64,000 nucleotides of DNA, taken from positions 6,464,001 to 6,528,000 of the forward strand of contig OZ245838.1 of NCBI GenBank assembly GCA_965228735.1. Direction: 5' to 3'. Origin of the DNA: Planctomycetota bacterium (lineage in GTDB: Bacteria; Planctomycetota; UBA1135; UBA2386). The notes under the pieces are model-generated. The model ran no database searches and was not told the DNA's origin. It saw only the letters and a list, made by a program, of their open reading frames with translations. Within the stretch, counting starts at the first letter, position 1. Each line of letters opens with the position of its first letter. A program made the position numbers and the translations under genes. Shown piece by piece: positions 1 through 8,153 of the stretch.

Positions 1-2
1 AT

Positions 3-290
3 GTCGGGCGCCGGGCGACCCGGCCCGCGGTCACCGGTCAGCGCGGCCTCGAGCAACCGCCAACTGCCGCCGATCACCACGTTCGGCGTCGGCTGGCAGT
101 GGACCGTGTCGTCGCGGCGCATCATGGTGAGCGGGCCGACCTTCTCCTCCACGAGTCCCAGCTGCACCATCATCGGCGGCAACTCCAGCGCGGCGTTGCC
201 CTCGAAGATCGTCACGGACAGATCGCGCGGCCGTGGCCCATCCGAGCCCGGCGGCGTGATCGTCGCGCGGTCGAGCTTCGCGAGCGGCAA
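3..290 (-). CDS. Hypothetical protein, partial (runs off left edge; start uncertain)
   Basis: Minus frame with GC-rich third positions (LPLAKLDRATITPPG...VQLGLVEEKVGPLTMMRRDD...) is open to the window edge. Possible TTG start at 290. Not in the ORF track. Confidence 0.35.
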   Translation of the reverse strand, partial: MPLAKLDRATITPPGSDGPRPRDLSVTIFEGNAALELPPMMVQLGLVEEKVGPLTMMRRDDTVHCQPTPNVVIGGSWRLLEAALTGDRGPGRPAPD

Positions 291-425
291 GCCGAGGAAT
301 TGCTCCGCCTGCGAGCACGGCGAACGCGAGGAGCAGTCTGGACATCGGGCTCGGACCTCCGGCCCGCCAAGTTACCATCGCTCCCACGCGCCGAGGCCCC
401 CCTCGCGATCGCGCGCCCCCGAACG

Positions 426-746
426 ATGCCCAAGACCTGTAGCAGCTGCCGCGTCGCGTTCCCCGATGGCGCGACCCGTTGTCCGCGCTGCGGCGCAGAT
501 GCGGCCGCAGCGCAGCCGATCGTGGCGGGGGCGGAACGTGACATCCCGCGGCCGGGCTACGGCGAACTCGGGCGTGACGAGGGCGGGATCGAAGGCCGCT
601 TCCGCTACGGGGCGCTCGTGCCGTTCTTCGGCATCGGCCTCTTTGCCGCGATCGGCGCCCTGCTCGACGGTCGGAACGGCGCGTCGATGGGCGCGGTGAT
701 CGGGCTCGTGTTCTTCGCTCTGATCGCGCCGCTGATCTCGCGATGA
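426..746 (+). CDS. Zinc-ribbon small membrane protein
   Basis: MPKTCSSC...CPRC (two CxxC) plus two C-terminal hydrophobic helices. ATGA overlap with the next gene. Confidence 0.75.
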   Translation: MPKTCSSCRVAFPDGATRCPRCGADAAAAQPIVAGAERDIPRPGYGELGRDEGGIEGRFRYGALVPFFGIGLFAAIGALLDGRNGASMGAVIGLVFFALIAPLISR

Positions 747-1831
747 CCACCAGCGCAACACGAGAGCCGATCCGACTCGGGATCGTCGGAGCCGGGCGGC
801 GGCGGAACGGGCTCGGGCCGTTCCTGGCGATGCACGCCGAACGGGCCGGCTTCGTCGTCGCCGGCGTCGCGGGTCGCGATCGCGCGAGCGCCGAGCGCGG
901 CGCGGATGCAGTCGCGGAGCGCACTGGTCGAAGGCCCGACCCGTTCGAGTCGGCGCGCGCCCTCGCGGCCGCAGTCGACTTCCTCGCGATCTGTTCGCCG
1001 GCGGACGTGCACCTCGAAGGTCTCGAGGCCGCGCTCGCGGCGGGCATCGGGTGCCTCTGCGAGAAGCCGTTCGTGCTCCCCGACTCGACGGATCGCGGAC
1101 TCGAACTCGTCGATGCGTTCGAGCGCCGCGGGCTGCCGCTGTTCGAGAACTGCCAGTGGCCGTTCGCGCTCGGGGCGGCTCGCGCGCTGCATCCGACGCT
1201 GGGCGACGGCGCGCCGAACACCCTGCGCATGGGCCTCGCGCCGGCCGCCGGGGGGCGCGCGATGATCCTCGATTCGCTCTCGCACACGCTGAGCCTCGCG
1301 CAGGCGCTCGCCCCGATCGATCCGGCGGGGCGGGTGCAGAACGTCCGCGAGGTCGATTCGCGCGCGAATGCCATGACCAACGTGCTGCGCTTCGAACTCG
1401 CGATGCGACCGGCGGGCTGGCTCCGCGTCGAGCTGGTGCTCGAGCGCCACGACGCGCAGCCGCGGCCGGCGTGGTTCGAGGTCGACGGCGCGCGCGTCGA
1501 CCGCCGCATTGGTGAGAACTACTCACAGTCGCTGGCAGCGCCCGACGGTCGCTCGGAAGCGATGCCTGATCCGTTCGCCGCGCTGGTGTATCGTGTTCGG
1601 GATCAGCTGACCGCCAGGTCACCGAGGCTGACCTCCAGGTCAGTTCGAGCCCCCGAAGTTTCGCCGCCCGCCGCGACGCCACCGCCACCGCCACCACTAC
1701 CGCCCGCCCTTGACCGATTCCTCGGCCCCGTCGCCATCCGAACGCGCCTTCGCTGCTTCCGCGCCATCGTCGAAGGACTCGACGACGGGCTCGACGAAGG
1801 ACTCCGCCCGGCCGGTCGCGCAGTTCCATGA
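743..1831 (+). CDS. Gfo/Idh/MocA family NAD(P)-dependent oxidoreductase
   Basis: IRLGIVGAG Rossmann motif; ICSP...H...AL...CLCEKP family signature. Confidence 0.8.
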   Translation: MTTSATREPIRLGIVGAGRRRNGLGPFLAMHAERAGFVVAGVAGRDRASAERGADAVAERTGRRPDPFESARALAAAVDFLAICSPADVHLEGLEAALAAGIGCLCEKPFVLPDSTDRGLELVDAFERRGLPLFENCQWPFALGAARALHPTLGDGAPNTLRMGLAPAAGGRAMILDSLSHTLSLAQALAPIDPAGRVQNVREVDSRANAMTNVLRFELAMRPAGWLRVELVLERHDAQPRPAWFEVDGARVDRRIGENYSQSLAAPDGRSEAMPDPFAALVYRVRDQLTARSPRLTSRSVRAPEVSPPAATPPPPPPLPPALDRFLGPVAIRTRLRCFRAIVEGLDDGLDEGLRPAGRAVP

Positions 1832-3044
1832 CTTTGCCGCCAAGCTGCAGCAGCCCGAGCTGTGGCCCCGGGTCGTCGACTACGTGAAGTGGCAGCGCGC
1901 GCTGCGCCGGGCGCAGGCCGACGGCAGCAGCGAGCAGCCCGCGATGCCCGATTTGGCGCCGCTGTCGATCAACCTCGACCTCACGACGGCGTGCAACTAC
2001 GCGTGCGACCACTGCATCGACTGGGACATCCTCAACAGCAAGGTGCGGCACGAGGACGCCGACCTGCGCGCGTCGATCGCGCGCATGCAGGAGCGCGGCC
2101 TGCGCAGCGTCATCCTGATCGGCGGCGGCGAGCCGACGCTCTACCCGGGGTTCGCGAGCATGGTCGAGTTCTTGAAGGGGCTCGACCTGCAGGTCGCCGT
2201 CGTGAGCAACGGCAGCCGCAACGATCGCGTGCTCAAGGCGGCGCCGTTCTTCACCAAGGGCGACTGGGTCCGGCTGTCGCTCGACGCGGGCAGTGACGAG
2301 GTCTTCCGGCGGATGCACAACCCGTCCAAGAAGGACCTGTCGCTCGACGAGATCTGCGGTTGGGTGCCCAGGATCAAGGCGGTGAATCCCGACGTGCTCG
2401 TCGGCTTCTCGTTCGTGATCACGTGGCACGGCGGTTCGCGCGGCGACGTCAAGGTTGTCGAGAACATCCACGAGATGGTCGCCGCGGCCGAACGCGCCCG
2501 CCTCGCGGGCTTCGACTACATCTCGTTCAAGCCGTTCCTCGAACGACAGGCGGACGGCGCCGAGGTCATGGACCCGCAGAAGACCGCGGCCGAGCTCGAT
2601 GCGGTGATCGCCCGCATCCGCGCGGCGGTCGACGAGGCGCGCGCGGCGGCCGCCGGCTCGGCGTTCGAGGTGCTCGAGAGCACCAACCTGCGCGTGCTGA
2701 TGGCCGGCAACTGGCGCGACTACACGAAGCAGCCGAAGACGTGCCACATGCAGCTGCTGCGGCAGGTCGTCACGCCGCTCGGCACGTTCAATTGCCCGGC
2801 GCACCGCGGCGTCGACAAGGCGATGGTCGGGAGCAAGGACGTGTGGGCCGACCCGGCCAGCGGCCAGCGCGAGTCGGCGCGGCTCCTCCGAGACTTCGAC
2901 GCGAGCCGCGAGTGCAGCGAGGTGACGTGTCTCTATCACGGCACCAACTGGTGGCTCGAGTCGCTGATCGACGCCAGCGCCGAGGTGCCGGCGGAGTTGT
3001 CCGCCGGGGCCCCGATCGCCGCGCGCGGCGACACGTTCCTGTAG
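1710..3044 (+). CDS. Radical SAM protein with C-terminal Cys-rich (SPASM/twitch-like) domain
   Basis: CNYACDHC (CxxxCxxC), GGGEPT, SNG, RLSLDAG; C-terminal cysteines in TCHM, FNCP and ECSEVTC. TTG start uncertain. Confidence 0.85.
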   Translation: MTDSSAPSPSERAFAASAPSSKDSTTGSTKDSARPVAQFHDFAAKLQQPELWPRVVDYVKWQRALRRAQADGSSEQPAMPDLAPLSINLDLTTACNYACDHCIDWDILNSKVRHEDADLRASIARMQERGLRSVILIGGGEPTLYPGFASMVEFLKGLDLQVAVVSNGSRNDRVLKAAPFFTKGDWVRLSLDAGSDEVFRRMHNPSKKDLSLDEICGWVPRIKAVNPDVLVGFSFVITWHGGSRGDVKVVENIHEMVAAAERARLAGFDYISFKPFLERQADGAEVMDPQKTAAELDAVIARIRAAVDEARAAAAGSAFEVLESTNLRVLMAGNWRDYTKQPKTCHMQLLRQVVTPLGTFNCPAHRGVDKAMVGSKDVWADPASGQRESARLLRDFDASRECSEVTCLYHGTNWWLESLIDASAEVPAELSAGAPIAARGDTFL

Positions 3045-3186
3045 ACTGCCGGTGGGATTCGGGGCCGCCGGTCGCCGGCCATGGCCCGATCGCGGTCACC
3101 GGATCGGGCACGTTGCCGTGACCGCGGCCCGTGACCCGGCTATTCCGGTCGACCCCACTCGGATCCCACCTACCCAGAAGGCCTCG

Positions 3187-4740
3187 ATGATCCGCTGCCC
3201 GCTCCCCCTCAGCGCGCTCGCGCTGTCCGTAACTGCTTTTGCCATCGTTGGTTGCTCGAACAGTTCGAGCGAATCCCCGGGGCCACGCCCGCCGGAACTC
3301 GGCGTTGCCGAGGTGACACCGCCGCCCCAGACCACGGTCATCCCGACCACGGGTTTCGCGGTCCGGTTCGCCGAACCGCTCGACACCGGCGTCGCTGGCG
3401 TGCTCGCGGGGCCGATCATCACGGTCAGCGACGGCAACGGGCCGGTCCTCGGGACCGAGAGGTACGTCGAGGCCGTGAACACGCTGTTCTGGGACCCCAC
3501 CGGCGCCATGCCGCGCGGGGCGAGCATCGAGGTGCGGGTGCATGCCGGCCTCGCCGGCACCGCCGGCTCCGTTCTGCTGGCGGACCTGGTCTACCCGTTC
3601 CGCGTCGCGAGTGCGCCGCCGGCGCCGCCGGTCGAGCTCGCGGCGAGCATCCCGAACGACGACCTGTTCGTCGCCATGTACTCCAACGGCGATGCGCAGA
3701 TCATCGCGGCGGACCAGTCCTGGCGCTTCAGCGTGACCGGCACGTTCGTCGCGCCCGAGCCGATCCCGGTCGGCCCGACGAGCGTGATCACGGGTCTGCA
3801 CCTCGATGCGCAGACGCGGGCGAGCGCGGTCATCGTCGATTCGACCCTGGGTGGCCCGACGGTCGGGGTGAGCCGGCGTTCGGGTTTTGGCGTGTGGGGC
3901 CCGGCCGAGCAGGTGATCGCGCCCGCTCCCGGAGCGATCACGAGCGCGAAGCTCATCGGCAACAGCAACGGCGATCTGCTCGTGCACGCGACGCGCACGA
4001 CGGGCTCGATCGTGCAGACGATCATGCGCTGGTCGCTGCGCGACACGATCAACGTCTGGCTCGACGTGCCGCCGCCGACGTCGACGCCGTGGGCGGGACT
4101 GTTCGCGGCCATGGACGACCGCGGCCAGGTGAAGACGATGCACGTCGCCCGCACGTCGCCCAACTTCCTGCTCGTCGACGAGTACGAGCTGCCGTTGCCG
4201 TACGTGAATACCCGGTCCCTCGCGACGGGCGCTGCCCTGTCGGCGGTCGGCTTCGCGATGAGCGAGGACGGGACGATGCGGGTGGCCTGGCGCGATCACA
4301 ACCGCGGCTTCCTGCAGCGCCATTCACCGCCCGGTGGTCCGTTCGGAGTGGAGGTCTTGCTGAACACTGCCCTGGTCGGCGTCAATCAGTGGACCGTCGC
4401 CCCGACCGGCGCGGTCATCGCGCGCGCCGGCCGCACGGTCTTCCGTTCCGAGGCCGGCGCCGACGAATGGACCGAGGCCGAGCTGCCGCAGGAGCCGCTG
4501 GCGCTCGCGATGTCGCCGCGGGGCGAGATGGCCGCGATCTGTTTCGAGCTGCCGGATGTCTGGTCGCTCGTGCGCTGGCGCGCCGGCGAGCCGATCGATC
4601 CGCCGGTCCGGATCGCCGACCTGACGTCGATGTTCAACGCCGCGCGCGCGGCCGCCGTCGGCGTGAGCGCGTCGGGCCACGTGGTCGCCGTGCTGTTGCC
4701 AGAGGTCGGTGGCAAGGTCTTCGCGGTGCGCGTCGACTGA
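3187..4740 (+). CDS. Lipoprotein with N-terminal Ig-like (SbsA/Big_5-like) domain and beta-rich C-terminal region (paralog 1)
   Basis: Lipobox AIVG-C; VRFAEPLD...LFWDP...IEVRVHAGL...YPF Ig-like pattern. Confidence 0.7.
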   Translation: MIRCPLPLSALALSVTAFAIVGCSNSSSESPGPRPPELGVAEVTPPPQTTVIPTTGFAVRFAEPLDTGVAGVLAGPIITVSDGNGPVLGTERYVEAVNTLFWDPTGAMPRGASIEVRVHAGLAGTAGSVLLADLVYPFRVASAPPAPPVELAASIPNDDLFVAMYSNGDAQIIAADQSWRFSVTGTFVAPEPIPVGPTSVITGLHLDAQTRASAVIVDSTLGGPTVGVSRRSGFGVWGPAEQVIAPAPGAITSAKLIGNSNGDLLVHATRTTGSIVQTIMRWSLRDTINVWLDVPPPTSTPWAGLFAAMDDRGQVKTMHVARTSPNFLLVDEYELPLPYVNTRSLATGAALSAVGFAMSEDGTMRVAWRDHNRGFLQRHSPPGGPFGVEVLLNTALVGVNQWTVAPTGAVIARAGRTVFRSEAGADEWTEAELPQEPLALAMSPRGEMAAICFELPDVWSLVRWRAGEPIDPPVRIADLTSMFNAARAAAVGVSASGHVVAVLLPEVGGKVFAVRVD

Positions 4741-4825
4741 CGGCCGACGGCACGCGACCGACGGTGCGGCGCGGCCGCCGCGGCAGGGGGGTGACGGCGT
4801 CCCCCGATCGGCTTCCAATGGGAAC

Positions 4826-6391
4826 GTGCTCCGATGCCCGTCCCTCTCTGCGTTGATCGTGTTCGCGGCGGTCGGCTGCTCGAACGGCGACGAAGCGGCA
4901 GGCATCGTCATCGAGCCGCCCGGCCTGCAGGTCCGCGCGTTCGCGCCGTCGAACAACGCGACCGTCGCGCCCGATGCCGACGTCGTGATCGAGTTCGAGG
5001 AGCCGCTCGAGCTCGCGGGTGGCACCGTGGTCGCCGGCGTGTTCACGGTCACGGATGCGGTCGGCGAGTTGCCGGGTGCCGTGCGCTACGATCCGGTGGC
5101 CTGGCGGCTCGCGTTCCTGCCGGATGCGCCGCTGCCGCTCGGGAGCCGGTTGACGGCCCGGCTGGCCGGCGGCCTGCGAAGCGCGTCGGGCAAGGTGCTC
5201 GCGGCCGACCTGACCTTCTCGTTCCGCGTCCGACCCGGTGTCGCGACGTCGCCGGTCGTGCTGGCGCCGGCGCTCACGCTCGCGGGATCGCCGGGGCCGC
5301 GCGTGTTCGTCCGAATGCACGGCGACGGCGACGGCGACGCGCAGATCGCCGCGGCCACGTCGTCGTGGCGGTTTTCGAGCAGCGGCGTGGTCGGCCCGAC
5401 CGAACACTTCGCCGGGGGCGAGGTCCGCGGGCTGCACGTCGATGCTTCGTCGCGCGTGAGCGCCGTCGTGATCGATCGCTCGGCGAACCCGGACGTCGTC
5501 GGGGTGGTTCGGCGCGACCGCGACGGCAACTGGGCGGCGCCGGTACCGATCGTGCCGGGGCCGGGCGGCGCGCCGACCTCGCCGCGGCTGGTCGGGAACG
5601 CTAGCGGCGACCTGCTGGTGCAGGTCCGCACGGTGTATCCCTCGCCGTTGCCGTTCGTCGACGAACTCTACTGGAGCGATCGGCGGACGCCGGGGGCCTT
5701 CGTGCCCGTGCCCGTGGCAGCAGGCGTGCCGCCGGCCGGGCTGTTCGCGGCTCTGGACGACTCGGGACAGGTCACCACGAGCCATGCGACCGTCGGCGGT
5801 GAGTTCGTGCTCGCCGACCGCTTCGCGGTGCCGCCGGTCGGTGGCCGGGTCGCAGCCTTCACGGTGGCGAGCGGCATCAACCTGCAACCGGTCCTGTTCG
5901 GCGTGAGCGGCGCGGGTGCCACCAGGGTCGTCTGGCGTGATCCCGGGCGCGGCACCTTCGAGCGTCGCGCGCCGGCCGGGGCGGCGTTCGAGTCGGAGGT
6001 CGCCCTCGCGATCGCGCCCCCGCCGGTCGGCCAACCGCTCACGACCCGAAGTGGTGCGGCGGCCTTCGTGACGTTCGACGCGATCCAGCGGTCGATCGGT
6101 GCCGCTCGTCAGGACGATTGGCAGACCGCCGAGTTGCCCGTCGCGCCGCTCGCGGTCGCCATGTCGCCGCGCGCCGAGGTCGTCGTGTTGGCGCACGAAC
6201 GGCCCGATCGCTGGCTGCTGATCCGATGGCGCGCGGGCGAACCGATCGATCGGCCCGTCGTGGTCGCGACGTTGCCGTCCCCGTTCGCCGCCGTGCGTGC
6301 CGCTGCCGTGGCGGTCGATGCCGCGGGGCGGGTCGTCGTCGCGATCCTGCCCGAGTCGGGTGGTCCGCTCTTCGCCGCGCGCGTGGGTTGA
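4826..6391 (+). CDS. Lipoprotein with Ig-like domain (paralog 2)
   Basis: GTG start; lipobox AAVG-C; APSNNATVAPDADVVIEFEEPL...LAFLPDAPL...FSF. Collinear similarity to 3187-4740. Confidence 0.7.
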   Translation: MLRCPSLSALIVFAAVGCSNGDEAAGIVIEPPGLQVRAFAPSNNATVAPDADVVIEFEEPLELAGGTVVAGVFTVTDAVGELPGAVRYDPVAWRLAFLPDAPLPLGSRLTARLAGGLRSASGKVLAADLTFSFRVRPGVATSPVVLAPALTLAGSPGPRVFVRMHGDGDGDAQIAAATSSWRFSSSGVVGPTEHFAGGEVRGLHVDASSRVSAVVIDRSANPDVVGVVRRDRDGNWAAPVPIVPGPGGAPTSPRLVGNASGDLLVQVRTVYPSPLPFVDELYWSDRRTPGAFVPVPVAAGVPPAGLFAALDDSGQVTTSHATVGGEFVLADRFAVPPVGGRVAAFTVASGINLQPVLFGVSGAGATRVVWRDPGRGTFERRAPAGAAFESEVALAIAPPPVGQPLTTRSGAAAFVTFDAIQRSIGAARQDDWQTAELPVAPLAVAMSPRAEVVVLAHERPDRWLLIRWRAGEPIDRPVVVATLPSPFAAVRAAAVAVDAAGRVVVAILPESGGPLFAARVG

Positions 6392-6469
6392 GACGCACGC
6401 CGGCCCCTGGCGTTTGCCGGCGGCGAGGCTGGCATCGTCGCTGCGGCCTCGTTCTAGTGGCGCCCCTCG

Positions 6470-7879
6470 ATGGCCCATTCGCAAGTCGTCCGCGTCTACA
6501 GCACCTACCAGGATCCCGATCACGAGTGCCCCTGGCAGAGCCTGGCGCCGCGCGGCAGCAACGGGTCGGGCGTCATCGTCGGCAAGGGCGAGATCCTGAC
6601 GGGCGCGCACGTCGTGGCCAACGCCACGTTCGTGCAGGTGCAGAAGCCGAGTGACCCGACGAAGGTCGTCGCGAGCGTCGTGTCGATCTGCCACGAGGCC
6701 GACCTCGCGTTGCTCGCGGTCGACGATGCCACGTTCACCCGCGGGGTGCCGGCAGCGAAGATCGGAGACCTCCCGCACCTGCGCGACGCGGTGCAGGTCG
6801 TCGGCTACCCGATCGGCGGCGAGGAGGTATCGATCACCGAGGGCGTCGTGTCGCGCATCGAGGTGCAGCGCTACGAACACAGTCAGCGTCACCTGCTCGC
6901 GGTCACGGTCGACGCGGCGATCAACTCGGGCAACAGCGGCGGGCCGGTGTTCGCCGGGCGCAAGGTCGTCGGCATCGCGATCCAGTCGATGCAGGACGCG
7001 GAGAACATCGGTGAGATGGTGCCCGCGCCGATCATCGAACGGTTCCTGCGGGCGGCGCGGGCCGGCGAGCAGAACGTCGCGGTGCCGGGGCTCGGCATCA
7101 CGACGCAGCCGCTCGAGAACCCGGCGATGCGGTCCTACCTCGGCATGAAGGCGCGCGACTCCGGGGTGCTGGTCACCGCGGTGCAGTACGGCTCGAGCGC
7201 GTGGAACAAGCTCCGCGCGGGTGACGTGCTGGTGTCGATCGGCGGCATGCGCATCGCCAACAACGGCACCGTCCAGTATCGCGATCGCTTCCGCTGCCAG
7301 TTCGACGTCGTCGTCGGCGACTGCTCGGTCGGCGATCGACTCGAGGCGCGCGTGCTGCGCTCCGGCAAGAAGCTCGAGCTCGTGCTCGACATGACGGAGA
7401 TGTGCTGGCTCGTGCCGCGCATCGAGTACGAGCAGCTGCCGACGTGGTTCGCCTTCGGCGGCCTCGTGTTCCAGAAGCTCACCGTCGACCTGCTGCGGAT
7501 CTGGGGCGACAGCTGGTGGGACAAGGCGCCGAAGGAACTGCTGCACCTCTACTACTCCGGCCTCCGCAAGCCGGGCCGGCAGGAGGTCGTCATCCTCGGG
7601 CAGGTGCTCGCGGACGCCGTGAACGTCGGCTACGAGCCGTTCGTCAACGACGTCGTCACGGCGGTGAACGGCAAGAAACCGGCGAACATGGCCGAGTTCG
7701 TGAAGCTCGTCGACGCCAGCGAGGACGAGGTCTTCGTCACGTTGTCGAGCGGGGCGTCGGTCCTGTTGCCCGCGCGTGAGGCCCGAACGGCGAACGAACG
7801 CATCGCGGCGCGCTACCAGTTGCCGGGCGATCGGTCAGCAGATCTGCCACGGCGGCGGGCGCCACGTCGGAAGAAGTGA
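6470..7879 (+). CDS. Trypsin-like (HtrA/Deg, DEG2/DEG9-like) serine protease with two PDZ domains
   Basis: Catalytic triad TGAHVV / EADLALL / AAINSGNSGGP; PDZ LRAGDVLVSIGG; second PDZ-like FGGLVFQKLT. No signal peptide seen. Confidence 0.9.
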   Translation: MAHSQVVRVYSTYQDPDHECPWQSLAPRGSNGSGVIVGKGEILTGAHVVANATFVQVQKPSDPTKVVASVVSICHEADLALLAVDDATFTRGVPAAKIGDLPHLRDAVQVVGYPIGGEEVSITEGVVSRIEVQRYEHSQRHLLAVTVDAAINSGNSGGPVFAGRKVVGIAIQSMQDAENIGEMVPAPIIERFLRAARAGEQNVAVPGLGITTQPLENPAMRSYLGMKARDSGVLVTAVQYGSSAWNKLRAGDVLVSIGGMRIANNGTVQYRDRFRCQFDVVVGDCSVGDRLEARVLRSGKKLELVLDMTEMCWLVPRIEYEQLPTWFAFGGLVFQKLTVDLLRIWGDSWWDKAPKELLHLYYSGLRKPGRQEVVILGQVLADAVNVGYEPFVNDVVTAVNGKKPANMAEFVKLVDASEDEVFVTLSSGASVLLPAREARTANERIAARYQLPGDRSADLPRRRAPRRKK

Positions 7880-8153
7880 GCCCGGCGGGGCCCGCGATAG
7901 CGCACGGCGCAACCCGACGGACGGTTCGGCGTAACCGATGCGTGGGGCGCTGAGCCGCCGACGAGCGGCCGACGCCAAGATCGACGGTTCGCCGTCATGG
8001 GTCGCGGCCGAGCCCGCGCGAAAGCCTCGCGCTACCCACTTTGCGGCCCTGGGAACGACGCTACACTTCGTCCCGCTTCGGCTACAGCAACCACGCCCTC
8101 GTCTCCCCGGTTCGCTCCCTGGCCACCTGTCCCTTCGAAGCGCTCTGCCCCCG

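Noticed and set aside
3045..3186. GC-rich alternative hairpins upstream of the lipoprotein pair
   Set aside because: Short stems are expected at this GC content; no U-tract or known motif.
7880..8153. Possible riboswitch or ncRNA in the 270-nt spacer before the GH172-like gene
   Set aside because: Only short GC hairpins and no recognisable consensus; an Rfam cmscan would be needed.
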